Shown here in pieces: positions 1 through 9,458 of a stretch of 64,000 nt of DNA. Origin of the DNA: an uncultured Lentisphaerales bacterium (GTDB lineage: Bacteria; Verrucomicrobiota; Lentisphaeria; JABSQK01; UBA12247). How positions within the stretch are numbered: position 1 is the stretch's first letter; each line of letters opens with the position of its first letter. The position numbers and the translations under genes were made by a program. Location of the stretch: positions 64,001 to 128,000 of the forward strand of contig CALSSJ010000015.1 of assembly GCA_943788985.1 (NCBI GenBank). The letters are read 5' to 3'. The notes under the pieces were generated by a model. It had not been told where the DNA came from. It made no database searches and saw nothing but the letters and a program-made list of their open reading frames with translations.

Positions 1-851
1 GAGCCTGAGCCACCGGCGATGTTGACGCCGCCCAGGACCACTGCCGTTATCGCCACAAACTCGAAGCCCATCGCGGCCGAACTCTCTGCTGAGGCATAGC
101 GTGATGCCCAAAGCACCCCACCGGCACCTGCCAGTGCCCCCGCAAGCAGATAGGATAGAAAGGTGACCTTACCGACGCCGATGCCAGCTAGGCGGGCGGC
201 TTGGGCATTGCTCCCAACAGCATAGATCTTGCGCCCAGTAATCGTGTGGCTCAACAGATAGTAAAAGAACAGCGTTGCTAAGATCGCAATCCAGATCAGC
301 GACGGCACCCCCAGAATCTCGATTCGGGTAAATGCCTTAAACTCGGTTGGCAGCCGATCGGCGCTGACTGACTTTCCCTGATTGAAGGCGTAGCAGAGGA
401 TAAAGGTCAGGCCGCGAAAGACACTCATGGTGCCAAGCGTCGCGATCACCGGCGGCACCTTGCCCAGTACCACCAAGCCCCCATTTACCGCCCCCGCCAG
501 GCTCCCGACGGAAATGCCGATCACTAGCGCCAGTGGCACCGGAATAGCCGGAAAGTTCATCACTAACAGGCCGACCGTCATGCCCGACAACGCCATCGTC
601 GAGCCCATCGAAATGTCGATGCCACCGGTGAGAATCACCGCCATCATGCCGATGGCGATCAGCACCAGCACCGAGCTGTCCATTCCGATATCCAACACAT
701 TCCCCGGCGTCAGAAAGGCATCATTGCGAAACGTCATAAAGATCGCCAGCAGCAGCAATAAGCCACCGATGCCGAGTTCTCGGGCCTGCAATAATCGCTG
801 CCAGGGCTGGCTTCCGCCGCTCGCGCCCGGTGTTTCTGCGGCGCTATGCAC
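1..851 (-). CDS. sugar ABC transporter permease (RbsC/RhaP-like), runs off the window edge
   Basis: Translated by hand from GTG at 851: ...LLQARELGIGGLLLLLAIF...LIAIGMMAVILTGGIDISMGS..., the BPD_transp_2 'GGIDLS' motif. Overlaps the stop of the ABC ATPase. Confidence 0.9.
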   Translation of the reverse strand, partial: MHSAAETPGASGGSQPWQRLLQARELGIGGLLLLLAIFMTFRNDAFLTPGNVLDIGMDSSVLVLIAIGMMAVILTGGIDISMGSTMALSGMTVGLLVMNFPAIPVPLALVIGISVGSLAGAVNGGLVVLGKVPPVIATLGTMSVFRGLTFILCYAFNQGKSVSADRLPTEFKAFTRIEILGVPSLIWIAILATLFFYYLLSHTITGRKIYAVGSNAQAARLAGIGVGKVTFLSYLLAGALAGAGGVLWASRYASAESSAAMGFEFVAITAVVLGGVNIAGGSG

Positions 852-2361
852 GGAGGGCCTCCGCCAGCACACGTTCTTCACTCAGTCCTTCCCGTGGAAA
901 CTCACCTTTCACAATGCCTTCATGCATGATCATTACTCGGTCCGACATGCCCATAATTTCTGGCAAATCCGAAGAAATCATCACCACCGCATAGCCACGG
1001 CTGGCTAACTTGCTGACCAACTGATGCACCGCAGCCTTTGCCGCCACGTCGATCCCCTTGGTCGGCTCGTCCAGTATCAGGATTCGGCAATCACAGGCCA
1101 GCCACTTTCCTAGCGAGACCTTTTGTTTATTGCCACCACTCAGTCCCCCGACCTTCTGCCCTAGGCCCGCAGACTTAATCTCCAGCGCCTCTGCGAACTC
1201 CGCAGCGATCGTCCGCTCCTTGCCCTGGTCCAGCCAGCCGAGAAAGCGACTGCACGACGCCAGAATCGGCAAAGTGATGTTTTCGCAGACGTCCATATCC
1301 AAGACAATCCCCTCTTCATCGCGATCCTCGGGCAGGTAGCCAATGCCTGCGGAGATCGCAGCTCTGGGCGCGCCCACCGTGACAGCTTTTCCTGCCAGAT
1401 ACAGCTGGCCAGAATCAGGACGAGTAATACCAAAGATACTCTTGGCCAACTCGGTGCGGCCAGCCCCCACCAGCCCATAAAGCCCCAGAATCTCGCCGCT
1501 TCGGACCGCCAGAGAAACCTCTTGGTACTCGCCGCTGCGGGAGAACTTCTCGACACGCATGGCCTCGTCGCCAATCACCGCCTCAGTCTTTGGGAACAGG
1601 TTCTTCACCTCGCGCCCGACCATCATCTGCACCAGCGTATCGTGATCCACCTCGTCGATCTTTCGGGTATCCACATGCACGCCGTCTCGCAATGCGGTCA
1701 CGCGGTCGGCAATCGTAAAGATGTCGTCGAGTCGATGCGAAATGAACACGATAGCCGTGCCCTCAGCGCGCAATTGCCGGACAATCTCGAACATGTTATC
1801 GGACTCCGCGCCGCTCAAGGTCGACGTCGGCTCATCCATAAACAAGACCTTTGCCTCGCCGGACAACGCCTTGCCGATCTCGACCAATTGCCGCTCCGCC
1901 GCGGTAAGATGCCCGAGTTTCCGCCGTGGATCCAGGCGCACATTCAAGCGCTCTAGCAACGCCTCTGTTTGCTCATGCATCTCACGCCAAAAAATTCGCC
2001 GCGAGACTAGGCCGTGCGGTTGATGGTTCATGAAGATATTCTCGGCGACACTCAGGTCCGGAAAGACCGCTGGGTCCTGATAGACCGCGCCGATACCGTT
2101 GGCAATGGCATCCCGTGGCCCGGACCAAACCACCGGCTCTCCGCGGAAGCGAATGGTCCCGGACGTCGGCTGAATCACGCCGGTAGAGATCTTGATCAAG
2201 GTCGACTTGCCAGCGCCGTTCTCGCCCACCAACGCATGCACTTCTCCCGGACGCAGATCAAAACTGCACTCCCGCAGAGCCAGTACCCCCGGATACTGCT
2301 TGCGCAGATCCTTCAGCTCGAGTATCACAGTATCCATCGGTTCTGGTTCCACCTTCAGCAA
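844..2361 (-). CDS. sugar ABC transporter ATP-binding protein (RbsA/RhaT-like, two NBDs)
   Basis: Walker [30 protein letters not shown]. The true start may be ATG at 2337. Confidence 0.95.
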   Translation of the reverse strand: MLKVEPEPMDTVILELKDLRKQYPGVLALRECSFDLRPGEVHALVGENGAGKSTLIKISTGVIQPTSGTIRFRGEPVVWSGPRDAIANGIGAVYQDPAVFPDLSVAENIFMNHQPHGLVSRRIFWREMHEQTEALLERLNVRLDPRRKLGHLTAAERQLVEIGKALSGEAKVLFMDEPTSTLSGAESDNMFEIVRQLRAEGTAIVFISHRLDDIFTIADRVTALRDGVHVDTRKIDEVDHDTLVQMMVGREVKNLFPKTEAVIGDEAMRVEKFSRSGEYQEVSLAVRSGEILGLYGLVGAGRTELAKSIFGITRPDSGQLYLAGKAVTVGAPRAAISAGIGYLPEDRDEEGIVLDMDVCENITLPILASCSRFLGWLDQGKERTIAAEFAEALEIKSAGLGQKVGGLSGGNKQKVSLGKWLACDCRILILDEPTKGIDVAAKAAVHQLVSKLASRGYAVVMISSDLPEIMGMSDRVMIMHEGIVKGEFPREGLSEERVLAEALRA

Positions 2362-3779
2362 ACCTGATTCACCTCGATGCCAAGCAGCGCTCCCAGCTTA
2401 TTGAGTGTGCCCCCGACATGGCCAACGCCGATGGCGCAGTGATGTGCCGGACCGCCCATCGTCCAAGTATCCATAAACCCCTTCGCACCAATGGAGAACC
2501 GGTAGCGACTGTTGGTGTTGCCAATCTGCAGCACTGGGCCGGGAACCGATTCGCCCTCGGCCACCTGCAGACAAATAGTGCCATCGCCGCGCTGCACTAC
2601 CGACAGCAGAGTTACCGGGCCATGCCTCACCGACATCTGGATCGACAGGCCTTTGCCCGGTTTACCGTGATAGACAGGCAATGGCACCAAGCCCACTTCT
2701 CCCTCAGCAATCCCAACGTGCGCCGGGCCATCATGCCCCAGATAGACCACATCATCCGTAAAATCCGTCAGATAAAACTCGGAGAACGAACCGCCCACCT
2801 CCAGCAAGTCCAGGATCTTCATCGCCTGCGCGTTCTTGACCTCGCACTCGCCAGCCACCGGGACATTGCGCCCGGTCAGCAGTGTATTGCCAGCAATCAC
2901 CGAGGTGACGATGTTCTCATAGGGGCCTGTGCCCTCATAGTAATAGGCCATTGAGCCCAGCTCATGTCGGTCAATTAGACGATCCAGTGCCACTGAGGTC
3001 CTGGCGGCCCGGGCCAACTCTGACGCCTCGCACTCGTCTGCAACCACAAACTTCTCGTAGAATTCTGCGGTCTTCGCAGCCACCTCGTCGTCGCTCACCG
3101 CCTCCCGCAGGTCATATAGCTCGCACATTTCCAACAGCTCGAAGTGGTTGCCGAAGACCGCGGACTGCTGCGTGAGATCGCTATAAACATCCAGCATGCC
3201 GCAGTAGTAATGTCCGAGCACCCCCACGCGGTTCGCTGCCATTGCGCGGCGGACCCCTGCGGCCGCCACCCAATCCCCAATCTCTCCCCAGGCCTCCTCA
3301 TCAGCCAGATAGCCAGTCACCTGCTGATACGTAATGCCCGCCCGATTGAACACGCAGGCAATCTCGGGCGCGCAGCAGGCCTGGCAATTCTCCAGCCAGA
3401 GCCCCGTCATTTTGCCGCGATCGCCCAGGCTGTTAAACTGCTCGTAGTCCATTTGCGCCACAGGCTGCAAGTTCAAAATCACCACCGGCACGCCTGCCCG
3501 TTGGACCACCGGCAAGACCGTAGAAGACAACGCGTACGTCGTAATGAACAGAAACAGGACATCCACATCTTCCGTCCGAAAGCGATCTCCGACCGAGCGC
3601 GAGACCTGCGGATTGTCTACCAAGCCGCCATCCACCACCTCCGCGCCAAACGCAGTCAGGCGCGCCTTCACCTGCGCTTGGTAGCCCAGCAGATTCTCTT
3701 TCAACCCCGCGAACTGCGGCCAGTACGTATCCAGTCCAATACCGAAAAGGCCTACCCGTGTTGTCCGTTTCGCTTGCAT
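2355..3779 (-). CDS. L-fucose/L-arabinose isomerase family protein
   Basis: [19 protein letters not shown] and the C-terminal GPAHHCAIG are typical of the FucI/AraA-fold family. Lies in an operon with a sugar ABC transporter. Confidence 0.85.
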   Translation of the reverse strand: MQAKRTTRVGLFGIGLDTYWPQFAGLKENLLGYQAQVKARLTAFGAEVVDGGLVDNPQVSRSVGDRFRTEDVDVLFLFITTYALSSTVLPVVQRAGVPVVILNLQPVAQMDYEQFNSLGDRGKMTGLWLENCQACCAPEIACVFNRAGITYQQVTGYLADEEAWGEIGDWVAAAGVRRAMAANRVGVLGHYYCGMLDVYSDLTQQSAVFGNHFELLEMCELYDLREAVSDDEVAAKTAEFYEKFVVADECEASELARAARTSVALDRLIDRHELGSMAYYYEGTGPYENIVTSVIAGNTLLTGRNVPVAGECEVKNAQAMKILDLLEVGGSFSEFYLTDFTDDVVYLGHDGPAHVGIAEGEVGLVPLPVYHGKPGKGLSIQMSVRHGPVTLLSVVQRGDGTICLQVAEGESVPGPVLQIGNTNSRYRFSIGAKGFMDTWTMGGPAHHCAIGVGHVGGTLNKLGALLGIEVNQVC

Positions 3780-3902
3780 CGTCCCGTCATCCTCTACCTT
3801 GATTCAGCCCAGTCCGTCTCGCTGGAATTGTACCTGATAGATTATATTGTAGAGGAATATCTCGTGATGACAATGTTCAATATGACGACAAGTTTACACA
3901 AA

Positions 3903-4814
3903 ATGACTGAATCGCTTGCCGAGTTCTCATGTTATCTTCCAATCGAGCCAGACGCGGCGGCTTGGGGCCTGCACGTGCTCGACGCTGGCCTCGGGGTCTG
4001 TGCCGCTAGCACTGCCTACCCAGCCCGAGGCCAGCACCCGGACAAATACATGTTCACCTGGGAGAACGGGCGAGAGCTTGCCGAATATCAGCTGATATAC
4101 ATCAGCCGTGGTCAGGGTGTCTTCGAAACCCGAGAGAGCGGCCCGCATCAAGTCCGCGCCGGTTCACTGCTGCTCTTGTTTCCGGGCGTCTGGCACCGCT
4201 ATCGCCCCGATCTCGAGTTTGGTTGGGAAGAGCAGTGGGTGGGGTTTCAGGGCACCTATGCCGCCCAACTCATGGCAACATTTTTCTCCGTGACTCCTCC
4301 TGTTCTCCAGCTGGGCTATGACCCAGAATTCCTACGCCTGCTGGGCTCGATCTGCGATCTAGCCTACTCGGACCTTCCCGGGCACCGGCAAATGATGGCC
4401 GCCTATACCACGGCGGCGCTCGCCTGCGCCCGCTCATTGGCAATGCGCGAGCGCGCAGAGATTGATCATCATGAGCGCAAGATGCAGCAGGCACGCACCT
4501 TTTTACTGGAGCGCGCCACGAGCACTGTAGATCTGCCCAGCTTGGCCCAGGAACTCGGGTACAGCTACTCGCGCTTTCGGGCCGTCTTCAAGAAGACCAC
4601 CGGGCTCTCGCCTCGCCAATACCAGCTACAGATTTGTATCAACCGCGCCAAGCATCTGCTCACTCGCAGCGAGCAGAGTATTAGCGCGATTGCCGATATG
4701 CTTGGCTTTGGCTCCGTCTATTATTTCTCCCGCCAGTTCAAAGCAAAAACCGGTGTCAGCCCGACCCACTTTCGCCGCACCTCCTCGGTCGCAGCCCGCC
4801 GAATAAACTATTAG
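3903..4814 (+). CDS. AraC family transcriptional regulator
   Basis: Cupin N-terminus (LLFPGVWHRY) and C-terminal double HTH (GFGSVYYFSRQFKAKTGVSP). Divergent from the isomerase. The 5' part of the 3144..4814 ORF is antisense shadow. Confidence 0.9.
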   Translation: MTESLAEFSCYLPIEPDAAAWGLHVLDAGLGVCAASTAYPARGQHPDKYMFTWENGRELAEYQLIYISRGQGVFETRESGPHQVRAGSLLLLFPGVWHRYRPDLEFGWEEQWVGFQGTYAAQLMATFFSVTPPVLQLGYDPEFLRLLGSICDLAYSDLPGHRQMMAAYTTAALACARSLAMRERAEIDHHERKMQQARTFLLERATSTVDLPSLAQELGYSYSRFRAVFKKTTGLSPRQYQLQICINRAKHLLTRSEQSISAIADMLGFGSVYYFSRQFKAKTGVSPTHFRRTSSVAARRINY

Positions 4815-4924
4815 TGTACGTCGTAACCTTCACCTTCCTCGTTCACAGCAGGGCATGAACCCGCTGAAGATTCATCGCAGGCGAACAAGCCTCTACTTCG
4901 TTACAAAATGATCTTGGAATCGAC

Positions 4925-5017
4925 ATGAAGATCTTCATCAGCAGCGTAAAACAGTAATTTGCCAAAGAGCGAAAGGCTCTGGCCGAATACCTTGCCGGCG
5001 ACCCGCTGCTGCGCAGG
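4925..5017 (+). pseudogene. DUF4062-like N-terminal gene fragment
   Basis: MKIFISSVKQ*FAKERKALAEYLAGDPLLRR resembles DUF4062 N-termini. Has an in-frame TAA and is cut off next to the RAYT 3' end. Confidence 0.55.
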
Positions 5018-5051
5018 GAGCGAGCCGGAGTGGAAAGTTTCTAGCGGAGGC

Positions 5052-6038
5052 TTAGCCCGTTGGTTCACGCAGACAGCGTAAGCTGAACAACTCCCCGCCC
5101 TCGGGGAGTTCGTCCTTTCCGTATCGTCGTCGTTTGGCTCGATCCTCGCCGTACATCTCAGCGGCAACCTTCTGCACGAACAGCTTTGAGCCGATCACTG
5201 CCCCATCGGTCCAGTAGCGAACACGACGCGTAGCGACCAACTGAATCGGCGGCTTTTTCTTCCCTTTGTCGTAGGCAGCCTTCACCGTTTCGCTGGTCGC
5301 ATCCTTCTGCGCTGCCTCGACTGCACGAGCTATGTCAGCGCGAAGCTCATCTGCGATCTCCGCAATTGACCAATGCTTGGCACGCTCGCCCAAGGAGCCT
5401 TTGATATGCTTGAAGAATGCCCGGCCAAATGGGTGCTTCCCAGAGCCGTTCCAGGCTCCCCAACTCGAGAATCGATAGTCGGCTGCATCCGCGACTATTC
5501 CCGCTCGGACTGGGTTTAGTTCCACGTACTTCACGCGCGACCAAAGAGCAGCTTCGCCATCCAGCAGCACGCTCTTGAACCGGTCACCCCAAAGGCGGCC
5601 ACTGCGTGTCTGCCGGCGGCTCTTGTTGTACCAGCCGGTGAACAACTGCTGCAGGTCTTTGAGGAAGCGGCTAAAGTCACTGAGGCGGGGGCGGATGTCT
5701 GCGATATCCGGAGCTTCGGTGTCAATCTTACGCTTCGTCTCGTAGTACTTGTTGTAGCGGCGCACCGTCTCTTCAATCGAGGGAAGTTCACCCGGGTCGT
5801 GCAGGACCACGTGATAGTGGTTGCTCATTACGGCATAGGAGATCACCTCCACCGTGTACAGGTTGCTGAGCTTGTGAAGGAGTTTTACAAAGTACTCTTG
5901 CTCCTTGGGCCCGAATGGCCGGTCCGTGGCAAAGCCACCGGTTCGGTTCATGCAGTGGTAGAACGCACCGCCGCCTTGATATCTGATGCGTGCTGTCCTT
6001 ATAGTTTCCCCCCCCCTACTCGTTTTTCCTCTACTCAT
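5052..6038 (-). CDS. REP-associated tyrosine transposase (RAYT, Y1_Tnp/HUH)
   Basis: YHCMNR, HUH motif MSNHYHVVL, LWGDRFKSVL, YVELNPVRAG, DYRFSSW. Confidence 0.9.
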   Translation of the reverse strand: MSRGKTSRGGETIRTARIRYQGGGAFYHCMNRTGGFATDRPFGPKEQEYFVKLLHKLSNLYTVEVISYAVMSNHYHVVLHDPGELPSIEETVRRYNKYYETKRKIDTEAPDIADIRPRLSDFSRFLKDLQQLFTGWYNKSRRQTRSGRLWGDRFKSVLLDGEAALWSRVKYVELNPVRAGIVADAADYRFSSWGAWNGSGKHPFGRAFFKHIKGSLGERAKHWSIAEIADELRADIARAVEAAQKDATSETVKAAYDKGKKKPPIQLVATRRVRYWTDGAVIGSKLFVQKVAAEMYGEDRAKRRRYGKDELPEGGELFSLRCLREPTG

Positions 6039-6105
6039 TTCCTGAACTATCTGAATCCTTGGCTAAATCCATTCCTGTTTGATAACTACTAGTCTGTCCC
6101 TATTA

Positions 6106-6319
6106 TGCGCCGCGCCTCGGCCTTCTCTGGACTGGGCGCTGGCTCGATTGGCAGCGCAAGATCTAATTCCGGTTGAGCAGCAACAATGTCCACCAGTCGC
6201 TCGCCTTTCCTGCCAAAGATCTGCTTCTTCAATCAGGCTATTTCTTCTTTGAGCAGAGCAATATCTTCCGCTTGTCGGCGGATGATTTCTTGAGGATCAA
6301 TGGCGGCTTCAGTCTGCAT
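6106..6319 (-). pseudogene. tnpC: IS66 transposase TnpC N-terminal fragment
   Basis: MQTEAAIDPQEIIRRQAEDIALLKEEIA*LKKQIFGRKGER carries the IS66 leucine-zipper signature. TGA at 6233-6235; truncated near 6105. Confidence 0.8.
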
Positions 6320-6368
6320 GAAATACAGTACAATCTGCCGAGCAAAAAGCAGCCATATTTCCGTAGAT

Positions 6369-6710
6369 TTACTGCCTGTTTTGGCCGAATCTGCGCTCGT
6401 ATTTCAATGGTGTTACGCCTTCAAGAAGCGCCGTCAACTCTCTGCGCTGCAACGCCATCGTTTGCCCCGTTCCTGGCAAGCGGAAGCGGCCAGATTCCAG
6501 GCGCTTGTACCAAAGCGCAAAGCCATCACCATCCCAGTATAGCACCTTGATCCGATTTCGCAGGCGATTACAAAACACAAACACCGAGACGGTCAAAAGC
6601 TGATCCGGGAAGTGGGCTGCAACTACCCCTGAAAGCCCTTCAAAGCTCTTGCGCATGTCGGTGGGCCCGCGGTACAAGTAGATTCGCTGAATCCCGGCCA
6701 GGCTCAGCAT
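6369..6710 (-). CDS. tnpB: IS66 accessory protein TnpB (Orf2)
   Basis: TDMRKSFEGL, VFVFCNR, IKVLYWDGDGFALWYKRLESGRF. Confidence 0.95.
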   Translation of the reverse strand: MLSLAGIQRIYLYRGPTDMRKSFEGLSGVVAAHFPDQLLTVSVFVFCNRLRNRIKVLYWDGDGFALWYKRLESGRFRLPGTGQTMALQRRELTALLEGVTPLKYERRFGQNRQ

Positions 6711-6994
6711 TCGATCGTCTGAAGCAACTTACGCAACGTTGGCCCATCAAAGTCACATTCGACCATGATCTCAAGGTCTCCTCGCCGGATGCTCAGGCCC
6801 GCACGCCTACCGGTGGGATGGGGCCTCACCAGCTCGACAAATCCATCGTCTGGTACTTCAAGCCGCTTTCGCCAATAGTAGAACTGCCACTGGTGAAGGT
6901 CTTCCTTTCTGCAAAAAGCTGCGATGCTTATGCCGCTGCGTTTCTGAGTCTCCAAGATCTCTTGCCATTGCCCGCGCTTGCTTGTGGTTTCCAT
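6704..6994 (-). CDS. tnpA: IS66 accessory protein TnpA (Orf1, HTH)
   Basis: W...QKRSGISIAAFCRKEDL...FYYWRKRL...FVEL. Overlaps the tnpB start. Confidence 0.9.
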   Translation of the reverse strand: METTSKRGQWQEILETQKRSGISIAAFCRKEDLHQWQFYYWRKRLEVPDDGFVELVRPHPTGRRAGLSIRRGDLEIMVECDFDGPTLRKLLQTIEC

Positions 6995-7079
6995 CTGCGC
7001 TCTCCTGATGCCGGTTGCGAAAACCAACAGGATAAGCCCAGCTCAATCGCGCATCAAGATGTCGGCGTTGGCCGTTCAC

Positions 7080-7302
7080 CCAAGAGCACAGCATTGATCT
7101 GAGCCGACCACAGCGATAGGACACTCCAGTACATTGGCACACACTTGCATGACATAATCTGATTTTTTAGCAATCCCTCCCAAAGCGATGACGCGTTGAA
7201 TGGAGATGCCCTCTTCTACAAATCGATCCAATATGGCTTTGGAACCATATGCGGTGGCCTCAACTAATGCTTTAAAAATATCTGCAGCATCACTACCCAT
7301 CG
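7080..7302 (-). pseudogene. ribulokinase (AraB/FGGY) internal fragment
   Basis: MGSDAADIFKALVEATAYGSKAILDRF...GGIAKKSDYVMQVCANVL...DQCCALG. Cut by IS66 at 7079 and fused to unrelated DNA at about 7302. Lower GC than its surroundings. Confidence 0.8.
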
Positions 7303-7664
7303 AAATGGAAGCAACTCGCTGGCAGCGCCACTCCAGACCAGAACTTTGAAGCGTGACGCGCTGTCCCCAGCGACCTTGGCGACGATGCGCGCATTCTCAA
7401 ATGCCAGGCGAGCGCCATCGCCCACAAGCGCAACAGCGGTGATGCCCTCCGCGCTCGTCAGCGTCGCAATATTCCCCTCCACTTTGCTCTTGGAGCGTTG
7501 GCGATAGGCCAGTTGCACCCGCAAATCCTTGCCGCCGGTTACTTCAAAGCTGCGGGTTACCGCCTTCGTTCCCGGACGCGATTCCAGCCATGGCGACTCG
7601 AGTCTCGGTGCTACCAAGTCATGCCGGGTGGTGGACCAGGTGGCAAGACTGACGGGTCCTGAGC

Positions 7665-7769
7665 CGTTTTGATTGTTCCGGCGTGGTCGCGTTGTATGCC
7701 TTACGAGGTTGGGGTGCATGCGGTGGTTGTCGTTTTGATTGTTCCGGCGTGGTCGCGTTGTATGCCTTA
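7665..7769. CRISPR. putative CRISPR-like mini unit (2 identical repeats, 1 spacer, 66-bp period)
   Basis: CGTTTTGATTGTTCCGGCGTGGTCGCGTTGTATGCCTTA at 7665-7703 and 7731-7769, separated by unique sequence. No cas genes in the window. Confidence 0.4.
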
Positions 7770-7907
7770 GTATGCTTCGATATTGGCCGCAGTTCAAGAC
7801 TATTCGCCGTCCACTCTCAAGGCTTCGCCCACAACTGGAACCCATCGCCTCAGCACGCCATCCCAACTATTAGCTTATTATTATTCGCCAATAGTTGAGG
7901 TATACCT

Positions 7908-9320
7908 ATGCCCGCGCCATGTGGAGATAAAACTCCCGGCTTCTATCGGCGGCGCACACCGCGTGAGTCGCCGCTGTTTCAGTTGCTCGAACAGCATTTT
8001 GACGAGTTCGAGCGGGTGTATCCGGACCGTTACCAAGAGCGCTATGGTTTCTTTCGGCCCGTAATTCGCAAGGCCGTTGATGCTTTTCTGGGTTGCGGCG
8101 ACCTGCGCGAGGGGTTCGCTCGAGTTCGCTGCCCCGACTGCGGACACAACCTGTTTGTCGCATTTTCCTGTAAGCAGCGCGGCATCTGCCCAAGTTGCCA
8201 TCAAAAACGTATGCTGGTCACGGCGATCAACATTGCCGAAAACGTGGCAGTCGCTGTTCGGCATCGCCAGTTCGTCTTTACCATGCCGAAACGGTTCCGC
8301 GCTTACTTTCGCTATGACCGGGATCTACTCAAGCATCTTCCCCGCCTTGCCTGGGAAACAGTGCGCGACGTCTACCGTGCCGTGCTCGATCGCGATGACG
8401 TTGTTCCCGGCATGGTCGGCGCCCCACAGAGCTTTGGCGATCTAATAAATTGGCATCCGCATATGCACACTCTATCCACCGATGGAGCGTTTGCCAAAGA
8501 CGGCACGTATCTGCCTGTGCCCGATGATCTGCCGATTGAGCCGTTCCTCAAGCTCTGGGAGCACAAGATCTTTGCATTGCTACTGGCAGAGGGCCGCATC
8601 ACCGAGAAGGTCGTCGAGCAGATGCGTAGCTGGAGGCACTCCGGGTTCAGCGTTGATAAGAGCGTCTACCTGCCGGCCGGTGACCAGGCTGCTATTCAGC
8701 GTTTGCTTCAGTACATGCTCAGATGCCCGTTCAGCCTGAAGCGCATGATTCAGACCACGGCGGATGGTAATGTTGCCTACCGAGCGACGCGCGAGAAGTG
8801 TATCGCCTTCCCGACCCGCAACGATACTCAGTTCCGTCGTGGTGTGTCGCGCAACTTTGAAATATTCGAGCCGCTCGACTTTATTGCTGAGGTCACGCAG
8901 CATATTCCGGAGCACGGCGCGCAGACAGTTCGCTATTACGGCTGGTATTCAAATAAGGCTCGCGGCATGCGCGCCAAGGCCGCAGAACAGGCAAAGGCAA
9001 AGCAGTCTAATGGCCTTGAGCCCCTCACCACCGATGAGAGCGATACGCCGTATCGTAAATTATGCCGTATGCGCTGGTCGGCGCTGATTAAACGAGTTTA
9101 CGAAGTAGATCCATTGTGCTGTCCCCAATGTGGCGGCGCGATGACTATCGTCGCGTTCGTTGAGCAGAAGGACCAGGCCGATGTCATTGAGCGTATTCTC
9201 AAGCACTGTCAGCTATGGAATGATTACCCGCCCAGGGCGCCACCCAAGCCAGCCGCCGCTAGTGAATTTGAGCTGGAAGTTGAGTATGTAGACTTCGACG
9301 AGTTTCTGATGGGTTTCTAA
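7908..9320 (+). CDS. IS91/ISCR-family rolling-circle transposase (Zn_Tnp_IS91 + Y2_Tnp)
   Basis: Zinc motifs CGD...CPDCG...FSCKQRGICPSC, HUH WHPHMH, SGFSV, single-Tyr RLLQYMLR (ISCR-like), VRYYGWYSN, C-terminal CPQCGG. Confidence 0.95.
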   Translation: MPAPCGDKTPGFYRRRTPRESPLFQLLEQHFDEFERVYPDRYQERYGFFRPVIRKAVDAFLGCGDLREGFARVRCPDCGHNLFVAFSCKQRGICPSCHQKRMLVTAINIAENVAVAVRHRQFVFTMPKRFRAYFRYDRDLLKHLPRLAWETVRDVYRAVLDRDDVVPGMVGAPQSFGDLINWHPHMHTLSTDGAFAKDGTYLPVPDDLPIEPFLKLWEHKIFALLLAEGRITEKVVEQMRSWRHSGFSVDKSVYLPAGDQAAIQRLLQYMLRCPFSLKRMIQTTADGNVAYRATREKCIAFPTRNDTQFRRGVSRNFEIFEPLDFIAEVTQHIPEHGAQTVRYYGWYSNKARGMRAKAAEQAKAKQSNGLEPLTTDESDTPYRKLCRMRWSALIKRVYEVDPLCCPQCGGAMTIVAFVEQKDQADVIERILKHCQLWNDYPPRAPPKPAAASEFELEVEYVDFDEFLMGF

Positions 9321-9412
9321 AAGCGCCCCGTCAGGAAGACGGTATCTCAATGCTCAAATTCGCGTATTCTACCTCCAAAACACCTATCTGCGCGGAATAT
9401 CGGCACGCAGCA

Positions 9413-9458
9413 GGAAGGGAGGACGGCCGGGCCAGCTGGCCCGGCCGTCCTCCCTTCC
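9413..9458. repeat. perfect 46-bp palindrome upstream of oriIS
   Basis: GGAAGGGAGGACGGCCGGGCCAG|CTGGCCCGGCCGTCCTCCCTTCC with no spacer. Repeated at 32586-32631. Confidence 0.95.

Larger units (their letters stand above)
6106..7079 (-). mobile_element. IS66-family element remnant, copy 1 (tnpA-tnpB-truncated tnpC)
   Basis: The end GTGAACGGCCAACGCCGAC at 7079 is shared with the copy ending at 33372. IS66 gene order is present. Confidence 0.85.

Noticed and set aside
427..1008. Long antisense or alternate-frame ORFs (427..1008, 18019..18939, 38292..39149, 41035..41874, 46749..47756, 47813..48694, 62883..63293 and others)
   Set aside because: They are shadows of well-supported genes in GC-rich DNA and have no family motifs.
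3144..3902. Long N-terminal extensions in the ORF track (AraC 3144, oxidoreductase 13356, hydrolase 52137, prenyl synthase 56826, S2P 60410)
   Set aside because: They overlap neighbouring genes or precede clear signal peptides or family N-termini. Starts were moved downstream.
6233..6235. In-frame stops as evidence of recoding or an alternative genetic code
   Set aside because: The stops are of mixed type (TGA, TAA, TAG) and confined to broken mobile or accessory genes. Housekeeping genes use all three as normal stops.
6369..6710. 'TnpB' next to a Y1/HUH transposase as an RNA-guided IS200/IS605 nuclease
   Set aside because: This is the 113-aa IS66 accessory TnpB (DMRK, WDGDGF) with no RuvC or zinc-finger motifs. 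Only the name is shared.
7665..7769. A full CRISPR-Cas locus
   Set aside because: Only two repeats, no third at the +/-66-bp positions, and no cas genes. Kept only as a tentative mini unit.
7264..7866. ORFs 7264..7866 and 30245..31039 as real genes
   Set aside because: They are chimeric read-throughs of the ISCR-captured mosaic. The repeated peptide RHTTRPRRNNQN is just the translated DNA repeat, and the C-termini differ at the element boundary.
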